Origin: an uncultured delta proteobacterium
GTDB lineage: Bacteria > Desulfobacterota > Binatia > Binatales > Binataceae
Reading direction: 5' to 3'
NCBI GenBank assembly: GCA_963842085.1
Contig: CAWJET010000001.1
Location: 832,001 to 896,000, forward strand
DNA: 64,000 nt
Below are positions 8,573-16,855 of this stretch, one piece after another. The position numbers and the translations under genes were made by a program. Every line of letters starts with the position of its first letter. Positions within the stretch are counted from its first letter, which is position 1. A model generated the notes under the pieces. The model ran no database searches. It saw only the letters and a list, made by a program, of their open reading frames with translations, and was not told the DNA's origin.

Positions 8573-10744
8573 GTGGGAACAAACTCGGTTCAAAGCGCCG
8601 CAGTCCCTCGGCACGGCAACTGGATCGCCGCGCTGTTGTACCTTTTTCTCTCCATACTGCTTTTCGCACGCGGACTGATTGGGCATACCTCCATCTACTT
8701 CATCGGGCGCGACACCGATCCGCCGCAAACGATGTGGTTTTTCAACTGGTGGCGATTTTCGCTGTCACATGGGCTGAATCCCTTCCTCACCGACTGGGTT
8801 TGGGCGCCCTTGGGGATCAATCTGGCGTGGACGACCTTCGTGCCGCTGCCATCGTTGATCTCAATCCCTCTGCAAGTCACGGTGGGCGAGCCCGCAACCT
8901 ACAACATCATCGTGACGCCGATGCTGCCGCTCGCCGCGTTTGCCGCGTTCCTGCTATGTCGGCGCGTGACGAACGCGTTCTGGCCCTCAGTGCTGGGTGG
9001 ATACATATTTGGGTTCTCGCCTTACATGCTTGGCGAAGTACTCGCTCATCTTGATTTGGTCGCGGTCTTCCCGGTGCCGCTTATCGTACTGTTGACACTG
9101 AAAAGACTCAACGGCGAGATTTCCGCGCGACGGTTCGCGATTGGGCTCGCGGCGCTGCTGACAGTTCAGTTTCTTTGTTTCCCGGAACTTTTCGCGACGG
9201 TCACTATCGTGGGCGGATTCGCCCTTTTGCTCGCGCTCGCGCTATTCGACGGCGACGTCCGCGCGCGACTTGCGGGTCTCATCGCACCCGCCATAGCCAG
9301 CTACGCGATGGCAGGCGCGATATTGTCGCCGTATCTCTATTACCTGCTGGCTCGCGGATTTCCCCACTCTCCCATCTGGCAGCCGGGCCTCTCTTCAGCC
9401 GACCTGCTCGCATTCCTGGTGCCCACCGAGACCGTCATGCTTGGCACGGCCCGGGCTGCGACTGAAATCACGCGCACATTCCAGAGCGAAATTTATGAGA
9501 ACGGCGCCTACATTGGCATCGCGATAATCATTTTCGTCGAAGTCTTTCGGCGACGGTACTGGCCCAAACCGGGGGGAAAGTTTCTTACGCTCCTGTTCGT
9601 CATTCTCGTGATCGCGGCGATGGGTCCGTCGCTGTTTGTCGCGGGCAAGCAAGGAATCTGGATGCCGTGGGCGATTGTCGGGCGCTTGCCGATCGTTTCG
9701 ATCGCACTGCCGATACGGTTCATGCTGTACGCGTTTCTGGTGGTGGCGATAATGGCGGCGATGTGGTTTGCCTCGTCGTCATGGCACCCGCTGACGAAAT
9801 GCATTGCGGCCGCCGTGATCCTGGCGTCAATCGCACCGAATCCGCATGCATCGTTCTGGGTTAGCAGCCTCGACACTCCGGCATTCTTTACCGACCGAAC
9901 ATACGCGAGTGAACTCGAACCGCGCGAGATCATTTTGCCGCTGCCGTGGGGACAGAGGGGCAACAGCATGTGCTGGCAATTGCAGAGCGACATGTACTTC
10001 AGGATGGCTGGCGGATGGACGGGAATCTCGCCGTTCGAGTTCGCTCGAATGCCGGTGGCCAACTACTTTTACGGCGGCATTGATCTGCCCGAGGCTGGCG
10101 ATCAGCTGAAGGCCTACGTCGCCCGCTTCGATGTGCAGGCTATAATCGCGGACCCAAAGGAAGCAAATTTTGACAGCTTCAAGCGGACACTCGATTCGCT
10201 CGGAGTCGCGGGGTTGTACGAAAAAGGCGTGTGGCTTTACAAAATTCCGCACGACTCATTCGCTCCGTATGCGAAACTTCCAGCCGCGCAGGTCGAAGCG
10301 CGCGCCAACGCGCTGCGATTCGACGCGATCCTCGAAGCCGCGGGAAAATATCTCGCCGACGGACACGACCTGTCGAAACTTTCCGCACTCGAGCTCAAAC
10401 GGCTTGATCTTCTTCCGCTAGACTGGCTGGTCGATGCTACTCCCCACGCCTATTTCGACTGGGCAATTGGACCGGCACCCGGCGGCAAGGTCGGCATCAT
10501 CGTTGTTGGCTCGTACGAGGGAGTGAGCCCGCTGATACAGCGCTACCGCGCAGTCGCGTCTGAGATCGATTATCCTGGGCCAACGCGATGGACGCCCGAC
10601 TCGCATCCGCGCCTGGACGTCATCGCGCCGCTGTTCGTGATCTTCGACCGCACGCATCTTGCGGCTGCAGCGCAGAGCCTTCGCGATTCGCCGCCGCCGG
10701 AGCGGACGACGCCGTTTGTGGCCGGCGTGATGTCGGGCCTGTGA
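8573..10744 (+). CDS. polytopic membrane protein, putative GT-C/YfhO-like glycosyltransferase (copy 2)
   Basis: Colinear paralog of 4740-6890 with long near-identical blocks (WVWAPLGINLAWTT, QSDMYFRMAGGWTGISPFEF). Confidence 0.7.
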   Translation: MGTNSVQSAAVPRHGNWIAALLYLFLSILLFARGLIGHTSIYFIGRDTDPPQTMWFFNWWRFSLSHGLNPFLTDWVWAPLGINLAWTTFVPLPSLISIPLQVTVGEPATYNIIVTPMLPLAAFAAFLLCRRVTNAFWPSVLGGYIFGFSPYMLGEVLAHLDLVAVFPVPLIVLLTLKRLNGEISARRFAIGLAALLTVQFLCFPELFATVTIVGGFALLLALALFDGDVRARLAGLIAPAIASYAMAGAILSPYLYYLLARGFPHSPIWQPGLSSADLLAFLVPTETVMLGTARAATEITRTFQSEIYENGAYIGIAIIIFVEVFRRRYWPKPGGKFLTLLFVILVIAAMGPSLFVAGKQGIWMPWAIVGRLPIVSIALPIRFMLYAFLVVAIMAAMWFASSSWHPLTKCIAAAVILASIAPNPHASFWVSSLDTPAFFTDRTYASELEPREIILPLPWGQRGNSMCWQLQSDMYFRMAGGWTGISPFEFARMPVANYFYGGIDLPEAGDQLKAYVARFDVQAIIADPKEANFDSFKRTLDSLGVAGLYEKGVWLYKIPHDSFAPYAKLPAAQVEARANALRFDAILEAAGKYLADGHDLSKLSALELKRLDLLPLDWLVDATPHAYFDWAIGPAPGGKVGIIVVGSYEGVSPLIQRYRAVASEIDYPGPTRWTPDSHPRLDVIAPLFVIFDRTHLAAAAQSLRDSPPPERTTPFVAGVMSGL

Positions 10745-10773
10745 TCGCGCAAGTCCGTTAGCTGAGCGGCGAT

Positions 10774-12177
10774 TCAATCCTGGCGTTTTTGCGCGCGCAG
10801 TTTTTCGCTGATCACCAGCGCGCCGAGCGCCGCAGTCTGTCGCACCGGAAACTCCGCCGGCCGCCGCAGTGTCTTGTAGCGCCCGTCGAGCGTCGTCAGC
10901 CCATTCATCACGCGCTCACGCGCTTCGGCCAGGGTCGGCCGGGGCATGATCCGGCGGCCATTGTCGAGCACCGTCTCCATCAACTGAACCGTTTTCGAAG
11001 GCATCGGCTTGAACTCACGCGTGACCGTGGTCGCGCCCTCGTCCACGATTCCGACCAGGTCGGCGAAGAAGGAGCCGCTAGGCGCATAAGCGCGGAACAA
11101 TTGCTTGCGTCCCGGGGTTGAAATCTTCCCGGCCGAGGTTTTGAGCCGTGCGCGATCCTTGTAGTCGACAAGCTTATAGGTGAAGTCAGCCGCCGGCGCG
11201 TCGTCGCTGACCGCGAGCGCGGTGCCGACGCCGAACGCGTCGATCGGCGCGCCGGCGTCAACCAGTTCCGCGATGCGATATTCGTCCAGGTTGCCGCTTG
11301 CGACGATCGCGATATCGCCGAAGCCGGCCTGATCGAGAATCCGCCGCGCCTTGCGGCTGAGGTCGTGGAGGTCGCCGCTGTCCAGCCGCACACCCTGGAT
11401 TTTCACGCCCGCCTCGCGAAGTTTCGCCGCGACCGCAGCCGCGTTGTCGACGCCGCGAACCGTGTCGTAAGTGTCGACCAGCAGCGTGCTGAGAGTCGGG
11501 AAGCTCGCGGCGAAATCGACGAATGCGTCGCGCTCGCGGTCGTGCGCCATCACGAAGCTGTGGCTCATCGTGCCGAATACGGGAATGCCGTAGCGTTTGC
11601 CCGCGAGCACGTTGGCGGTGCCGTGGAAGCCCGCCAGGTAGCTCGAGCGCGCCGCGATAAGAGAAGCGTCGGTGCCCTGCGCGCGCCGCGGACCGAAATC
11701 CACCAACCGCCTGCCGCCCGCGACGATGAAGCATCTTGCGGCCTTGGTCGCGACGATCGAGGCGAATCCAAGCTGGTTGAGAACCAGCGTTTCTATGAGC
11801 TGGCCTTCGATCAGCGGAGCGCGGATCTCCGCGATCGGTTCGCCGGCGAAATAAATCGTGCCTTCGGGAAGCGCGCGGATCGAACCGGTGAAGCGGAGAT
11901 TCGAAAGAAATTCGAGAAAAGCCGGCTTGAAGAGGTGCAGCGATACCAGATGCTCGATCGCGGCGGCGTCGAAACGATACTCCTCTAGTGCCTCGGCCAG
12001 CCGCTCGATACCGGCTGCGATCATGAAGCCGCGGCCCGCCGGCATCCGGCGCATCGAGACTTCGAACGACGCGGTGTCGTTGAAGCCGTGCTCGAAGAAC
12101 GCCGCGCTGACTGTAAGCTCGTAGAGGTCGGTGAACAGCGCGACCTCGGCGGGGTCGAGTCGGAGATCTATCGGCAT
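10774..12177 (-). CDS. pncB: nicotinate phosphoribosyltransferase
   Basis: LFTDLYELT, DFGPRRAQG, GTMSHSFV, LLVDTYD, GVRLDSGD, FGVGT; SD AAGGAG. Confidence 0.93.
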   Translation of the reverse strand: MPIDLRLDPAEVALFTDLYELTVSAAFFEHGFNDTASFEVSMRRMPAGRGFMIAAGIERLAEALEEYRFDAAAIEHLVSLHLFKPAFLEFLSNLRFTGSIRALPEGTIYFAGEPIAEIRAPLIEGQLIETLVLNQLGFASIVATKAARCFIVAGGRRLVDFGPRRAQGTDASLIAARSSYLAGFHGTANVLAGKRYGIPVFGTMSHSFVMAHDRERDAFVDFAASFPTLSTLLVDTYDTVRGVDNAAAVAAKLREAGVKIQGVRLDSGDLHDLSRKARRILDQAGFGDIAIVASGNLDEYRIAELVDAGAPIDAFGVGTALAVSDDAPAADFTYKLVDYKDRARLKTSAGKISTPGRKQLFRAYAPSGSFFADLVGIVDEGATTVTREFKPMPSKTVQLMETVLDNGRRIMPRPTLAEARERVMNGLTTLDGRYKTLRRPAEFPVRQTAALGALVISEKLRAQKRQD

Positions 12178-12222
12178 CCGGGTGGCTCCTTCTCAACCGC
12201 AAGGAAGGCTATGCCGCCCCCT

Positions 12223-14742
12223 CTAGCGCGGAGGCTCCGGCGGCGCCGGCGGTTTAGGCGCAGGCGTGTTCGGCGCCGGCTCCTGCACCACCCGAGTTTC
12301 GCCGAGCGGTCGATCGCGCAGGATGTCAGCCATGCGCTTGAGCCGCTGATCTACGAGATGGTTGATCGTACCAGGCTGGTCGATCGTACCCGCGCGTACA
12401 CCGGTCAGAGTCTCGATGCCGCGATCGATCGTATCGATCGGATAGATGTGGAATTCGCCGCGCTCGATCGCGCCGGTGGTCTCCGGATCGAGCATCAGGT
12501 TCGCGACGTTGGTGCGCGGCACCAGCACGCCCTGCGTGCCGGTCAGCCCGATCGCCTTGCACACGCGGTAGAAGCCCTCGACCTTCTGGTTGACGCCGCC
12601 AATCGCCTGCACCGTGCCGTATTGATCGACCGAGCCCGTCACCGCCAGGTCCTGCCGCAGCGGCACGCCCGACAGCGCCGACATCAGCGCGTAGAGCTCG
12701 GTCGAGCTGGCGCTGTCGCCGTCGATGCCCGAGTACGATTGCTCGAAGCAGATGCTCGCCGTCATCGCGACCGGATGCTGTTGTCCGAATCGCGCGCGGA
12801 TAAATCCGCTCAGGATCATGATGCCCTTGTCGTGCGTCGAGCCCGACATCCGCGCCTCGCGCTCGATGTTGATCACGCCGGCCTGCCCCAGCGCCACGGT
12901 GGCGGTCACGCGCGACGGCCGCCCGAAACTGTAACCGCCGACGTCGAGCACGGCCAGGCCGTTGATCTGTCCGACGCTGGTGCCGCGGATATTGACGATG
13001 AGCGTGCCCTCCGCGATGAGCCTGCGGATTTCCTCTTCGATAAAATTGAGCCGCAACATCCGCTCGCCAAGCGCCCGCTCGACGTGCGCGGCCGTAACCC
13101 GCTGAGCGATTTCGTTGCGCGCGAAGTAGGCGGACTCGCGCGCGAGATCGTCGATCGGCTCGAGCATCGCGAGCACGCGCGATCTGTCGCCCGCCATCCG
13201 CATGCCGAATTCCACGATCTTCGCCAGCGCCTCTGCCTCGAACGGCGGCAAATTCTCTCTGCGCGCCAGCGCGCCCACGCGCGCCGCATAATGCGCGGCG
13301 GCCGCGGCGTCGGCCGCCACCGAGGGCCGCATCTCGGCCTTCACCTTGAACAGGTCCGCGAAATCCGCATCGTAAAAATAAAGCAGGTTGTATAGATACG
13401 CGCCGCCCAGCACCACGACCTTGTTGTGAATCTCGATCGGCTCGGGCTTGAGCCCGCTCATCGAGAAAAACGGTAGCGGCTCGAAAGTCTCCAACGTCAT
13501 GCGCCCCGACTTGAGGCTGCGCTTGATCGTCTTCCAGACGCCCGGCTCGACGATCGCATCCTCGAGATCGAAGACCAGGAAGCCGCCGTGCGACTTCAGA
13601 AACGATCCGCCAATGATGCGCGTGAAGTTGGTGCCCGAGCGTCCCAGCGGATCGATCCAGCGCTCGATCGTGCCGAACAGGTTGCGATAGGTCGGCGCGT
13701 CCTCCAGCACGACCGGGGCTCCGCGCGTGGCGGAATTGTCCACCATCACGTTGACCTGGTAGTCGAACCAGCGCGTGCCTTCCTCGATTGCCGCAGCCGG
13801 CCGCGGGCCCTGCTCGGCCGGCTGCTCGCGGAAGCGGTCGAGGTTGCCAAGCATGTGCTGCGCGACCTGGTCGAGGTAAGCATCGACGCCGGGATTATTA
13901 AAGTGATGCTTTAGGTCTTCGACCGACGGCGTTATGAGCCGCGCCGCGAACGCCCGCTCGATCGCGCGGATGTCGTCAATCAGCTCGCGCATCATTTCCT
14001 GCTGCCGCAACGTCAGCGTCGCGAGGTCGTCCTGCAGTTCGCCCTGCGCCTTCGCCAGTTGCTCGCGCTCGGCATCGCTCTTCGCCGCCATCGCCTTGTT
14101 GAGCGCCTCGGGCGATTCGGGCATCTTGCCGTCGATCAGCGGGATGAAAATCACCTGCCCGGTCGGCGTGCTCTGGATCGCGAAGCCGCGCTCGCGCGCC
14201 CGCGTCTCGAGATTGCCGAACAGTTCTTGCGCGCGTTTGTTGTACTTGTCGCGCAGCGCCGCGCGCTCCTGGTCGAAGTCCTCGCGCCGAAACGCTTTCG
14301 GCAACTGCTCAAGCACGAAGCTGACCAGCTCGGTCATCCGCGCGCGAAGCTCGACGCCCTGGCCCGGTTGCAGGTAGATCGCGACCGGCGATTCGGGATT
14401 GCGAAAATTGTTTACGTACACCCAATCGCCCGGCGTCGGCATCGTCGCGGCTTTTTCACTGAGGATGCGCAACACCGATTCGCGCTCATGCCGCGAGCGC
14501 AGTCCGCTTACGAAAACGTTGTATCCGGCCGCGTCGATTCCAATCGCCAGCTTAACCGCGTCGAGCGCGCGGCCCTGCCCAAACAGCTCGACGACGCCGT
14601 CGCTCGACGCAGCACGCTCCAGCGACACTGCGTCGAGCGCCACCTGCCCCTTGACTTCCGAGGCGTCGAGCTCCGCGGCCGGCGGCACGTGAATCAGCGC
14701 GGCGCTGGCGGGGGTAGCGATGAGGTCGCCCTTGTCAGCCAT
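12223..14742 (-). CDS. Lon-like (LonB/LonC-type, peptidase S16) protease
   Basis: GQINGLAV, FEQSYSGIDGDSAS (catalytic Ser) and QAIGGVNQKVEGF (Lys); N-terminal AAA-like region with coiled-coil insert. Confidence 0.88.
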   Translation of the reverse strand: MADKGDLIATPASAALIHVPPAAELDASEVKGQVALDAVSLERAASSDGVVELFGQGRALDAVKLAIGIDAAGYNVFVSGLRSRHERESVLRILSEKAATMPTPGDWVYVNNFRNPESPVAIYLQPGQGVELRARMTELVSFVLEQLPKAFRREDFDQERAALRDKYNKRAQELFGNLETRARERGFAIQSTPTGQVIFIPLIDGKMPESPEALNKAMAAKSDAEREQLAKAQGELQDDLATLTLRQQEMMRELIDDIRAIERAFAARLITPSVEDLKHHFNNPGVDAYLDQVAQHMLGNLDRFREQPAEQGPRPAAAIEEGTRWFDYQVNVMVDNSATRGAPVVLEDAPTYRNLFGTIERWIDPLGRSGTNFTRIIGGSFLKSHGGFLVFDLEDAIVEPGVWKTIKRSLKSGRMTLETFEPLPFFSMSGLKPEPIEIHNKVVVLGGAYLYNLLYFYDADFADLFKVKAEMRPSVAADAAAAAHYAARVGALARRENLPPFEAEALAKIVEFGMRMAGDRSRVLAMLEPIDDLARESAYFARNEIAQRVTAAHVERALGERMLRLNFIEEEIRRLIAEGTLIVNIRGTSVGQINGLAVLDVGGYSFGRPSRVTATVALGQAGVINIEREARMSGSTHDKGIMILSGFIRARFGQQHPVAMTASICFEQSYSGIDGDSASSTELYALMSALSGVPLRQDLAVTGSVDQYGTVQAIGGVNQKVEGFYRVCKAIGLTGTQGVLVPRTNVANLMLDPETTGAIERGEFHIYPIDTIDRGIETLTGVRAGTIDQPGTINHLVDQRLKRMADILRDRPLGETRVVQEPAPNTPAPKPPAPPEPPR

Positions 14743-14769
14743 AATTGGTTGCGGATTCGCGCCGCGCGA

Positions 14770-15144
14770 TCACGAAGCCTTGAGCGCGATCCTCCGGCTC
14801 TTCTGCTTGGGCAGAATGATAACCAGCGTGCCCTCGGACAACTTCGCGGTCGACGCTTCGCCGTCGATCGAGTCGGAGAACGCAAATGAACTCTCGAGGG
14901 CGCCGCCGAGTTTGTCGGTTACGCGAACCGCCAGCCGCTGGCCCGAGACCTCGGCCTGTATCTTCGCCGGATCGACGCCGACCGCCGCGATTCGCACCTC
15001 GTAACGATCGGGATGTTCGATAACCTGGGCGCGCTCGAAGTCAGCGGTGGGCATCCCGCATTTCCATGGCGCGATCAGCATCTCGTCGAAGAATTCGTCG
15101 AAGACGCGCTCGAAGTCTGCTATCAATCCGCGGCTGCTGGCCAT
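14770..15144 (-). CDS. Hsp20/alpha-crystallin family small heat shock protein
   Basis: FERVFDEFF N-terminus, A.LSEGTLVIILPK and C-terminal I-x-L (RRIALK). Confidence 0.8.
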   Translation of the reverse strand: MASSRGLIADFERVFDEFFDEMLIAPWKCGMPTADFERAQVIEHPDRYEVRIAAVGVDPAKIQAEVSGQRLAVRVTDKLGGALESSFAFSDSIDGEASTAKLSEGTLVIILPKQKSRRIALKAS

Positions 15145-15174
15145 AGCGTCTCAGTTTTCCACGATTTCACACGA

Positions 15175-15204
15175 ATTGTAATGCAGCCGTACCGCGCCGG
15201 TCGA
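15175..15204 (-). promoter_or_regulatory. candidate sigma70-type promoter for hsp20-lon-pncB
   Basis: Minus strand TCGACC-N18-TACAAT. Confidence 0.4.
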
Positions 15205-15227
15205 GTCCGCGCACAGCCAGCCGTCCC

Positions 15228-15257
15228 TTGCCACGATTGCGGTCCCGGCGTTATGGT
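15228..15257 (+). promoter_or_regulatory. candidate sigma70-type promoter for usp (possibly leaderless)
   Basis: TTGCCA-N18-TATGGT; GTG start begins 7 nt after the -10 hexamer ends. Confidence 0.45.
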
Positions 15258-15263
15258 TCCTGT

Positions 15264-15752
15264 GTGCCAACTTTTTCAAAAATTATCGCCGCCACCGATT
15301 TCTCCGAAGACTCGAACCTCGCGCTGACCTACACCCAGGAACTCGCGAACAAGTTCTCGGCTGAGGTCGTGCTGCTGCATGTCGACCAGCCGCTTGCGCC
15401 CGTGATGATGACGCCGGAGCTCGGACCCGCGATGGACGTCGGCGCGATGGGACGGATTGCCGAGGAACAGCGGATGCTCGCGCAGAAGGAACTCGACAAG
15501 ATTGCGGGCAAACTGCGCGAGGGCGGTCTCAAGGTCAAGGTCCAGCTCAAGGTTGGTTCACCGTTCCTGGAAATTCTACACACGGCCCAAAGCGAGAACG
15601 CTGATTTGATCGTGCTCGGGACCCACGGACGCACCGGGTTGGCGCACGTCCTGATGGGCAGCGTAGCCGAACGCGTCGTGCAAAAGTCGTCTTGCCCGGT
15701 GCTCACGATTCGCCACCCAGATCGCAAGTTCAAGCACCCGCTCGACAAATAG
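15264..15752 (+). CDS. universal stress protein
   Basis: KIIAATDFSEDS, ADLIVLGTHGRTGLAHVLMGSVAERVVQKSSCPVL; start GTG 15264. Confidence 0.92.
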   Translation: MPTFSKIIAATDFSEDSNLALTYTQELANKFSAEVVLLHVDQPLAPVMMTPELGPAMDVGAMGRIAEEQRMLAQKELDKIAGKLREGGLKVKVQLKVGSPFLEILHTAQSENADLIVLGTHGRTGLAHVLMGSVAERVVQKSSCPVLTIRHPDRKFKHPLDK

Positions 15753-15828
15753 CTTCTAATCCCTCGCCCGTTATTTCACCGGAGAGGTTAGGTGGGATTC
15801 TGGGTTACAGCACCCGGTTTCTGAGGAG

Positions 15829-16647
15829 CTACTTGCCGGTGAACTTCGGCGCGCGCTTCTCCAGGAACGCCTTCACGCCTTCTTTGAAATCTTCCGAACG
15901 CGTCATCATCTCCATCGACGCGTCGTCGTCTCGCACGCCGGTGGCGAGATCGGTGAACAGATGCTGGTAGATCATCTTCTTTGCTTGCGCGACTCCGAGC
16001 GGCGAGCATTTGTTCGCGATTCCTGACGCAATCTCGCGCGCCGTCGCCATCAGCTTGTCCTGCGGCATCACCCGATTGACCAGCCCCATCTCGAGCGCCT
16101 CGTTCGCATCGACCAGCCTGCCCGTGATCGCCAGCTCCGTGGCCCGCGCCAGGCCGATGATTCGCGGCAGCATCCAGCTGCTGCCGTGCTCGATCGCGAG
16201 CCCGCGCTGCGTGAAGATCAAGCCCATCCGCGCGTTCTCCGACGCGATCCTGATGTCCTGGTAGAGACAAGTGGTGAATCCCAGCCCGACGCACGCGCCG
16301 TTGATCGCGCCGATCACCGGCGTGTTGAGCGCCAGCGGCCACGAGTACGAGGTCCTGTAGTCGGCGCGCTGGGCGCGCAGCCATTCATCGGGCACCTCGG
16401 CCCCGCGCGCTGACGCAGTTCCGGCGGCGATATTCGACAGCGCGCCCATGTCCGCGCCCGCGCAGTATGCGCGCCCCGCGCCCGTGACGATTATCGCGCC
16501 GACCGCCGGATCGCGCTCGGCGTCGAGCATCGCCGTGCGCATCTCGGCGCCCATCTTCGGCGTCCACGCGTTCATCTTCTCAGGCCGGTTCATCGTCACC
16601 GTCGCCACGCGATCCCTTTTTTCGTAAATGATTTCAGCGAAGTCCAT
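15829..16647 (-). CDS. enoyl-CoA hydratase/isomerase family protein
   Basis: TMNRPEKMNA, GRAYCAGADM, AINGACVGLG; SD GGAGG before ATG 16647. Confidence 0.9.
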   Translation of the reverse strand: MDFAEIIYEKRDRVATVTMNRPEKMNAWTPKMGAEMRTAMLDAERDPAVGAIIVTGAGRAYCAGADMGALSNIAAGTASARGAEVPDEWLRAQRADYRTSYSWPLALNTPVIGAINGACVGLGFTTCLYQDIRIASENARMGLIFTQRGLAIEHGSSWMLPRIIGLARATELAITGRLVDANEALEMGLVNRVMPQDKLMATAREIASGIANKCSPLGVAQAKKMIYQHLFTDLATGVRDDDASMEMMTRSEDFKEGVKAFLEKRAPKFTGK

Positions 16648-16855
16648 TTTCTTTACCTCCAGGTCTCTGCTCCCTCGCCCGCTACTTTCTGATGTCTCGT
16701 CCCTTTTCACGGGAGGGTTCTGCGGCGCGTCCACAGTCTCTCCGCGATCGTCCCACTTAGGTTCCGATCAAAGCACTTCCCAATAGCGAAATCTAACGCT
16801 GCACGACTCCGTCGAACGTGCTTTCATCCGCAAGCGATGGCTGTTAGTAAAGCGC

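Noticed and set aside
4740-10744. Long repeats as a mobile element or CRISPR array
   Set aside because: They are paralogous coding sequences, with no spacer-repeat periodicity, terminal inverted repeats or transposase
12088-13395. 435-aa plus-strand ORF, and similar ones at 29481-30725, 54213-55586 and 60219-61571
   Set aside because: Arg-rich antisense translations of well-supported minus-strand genes
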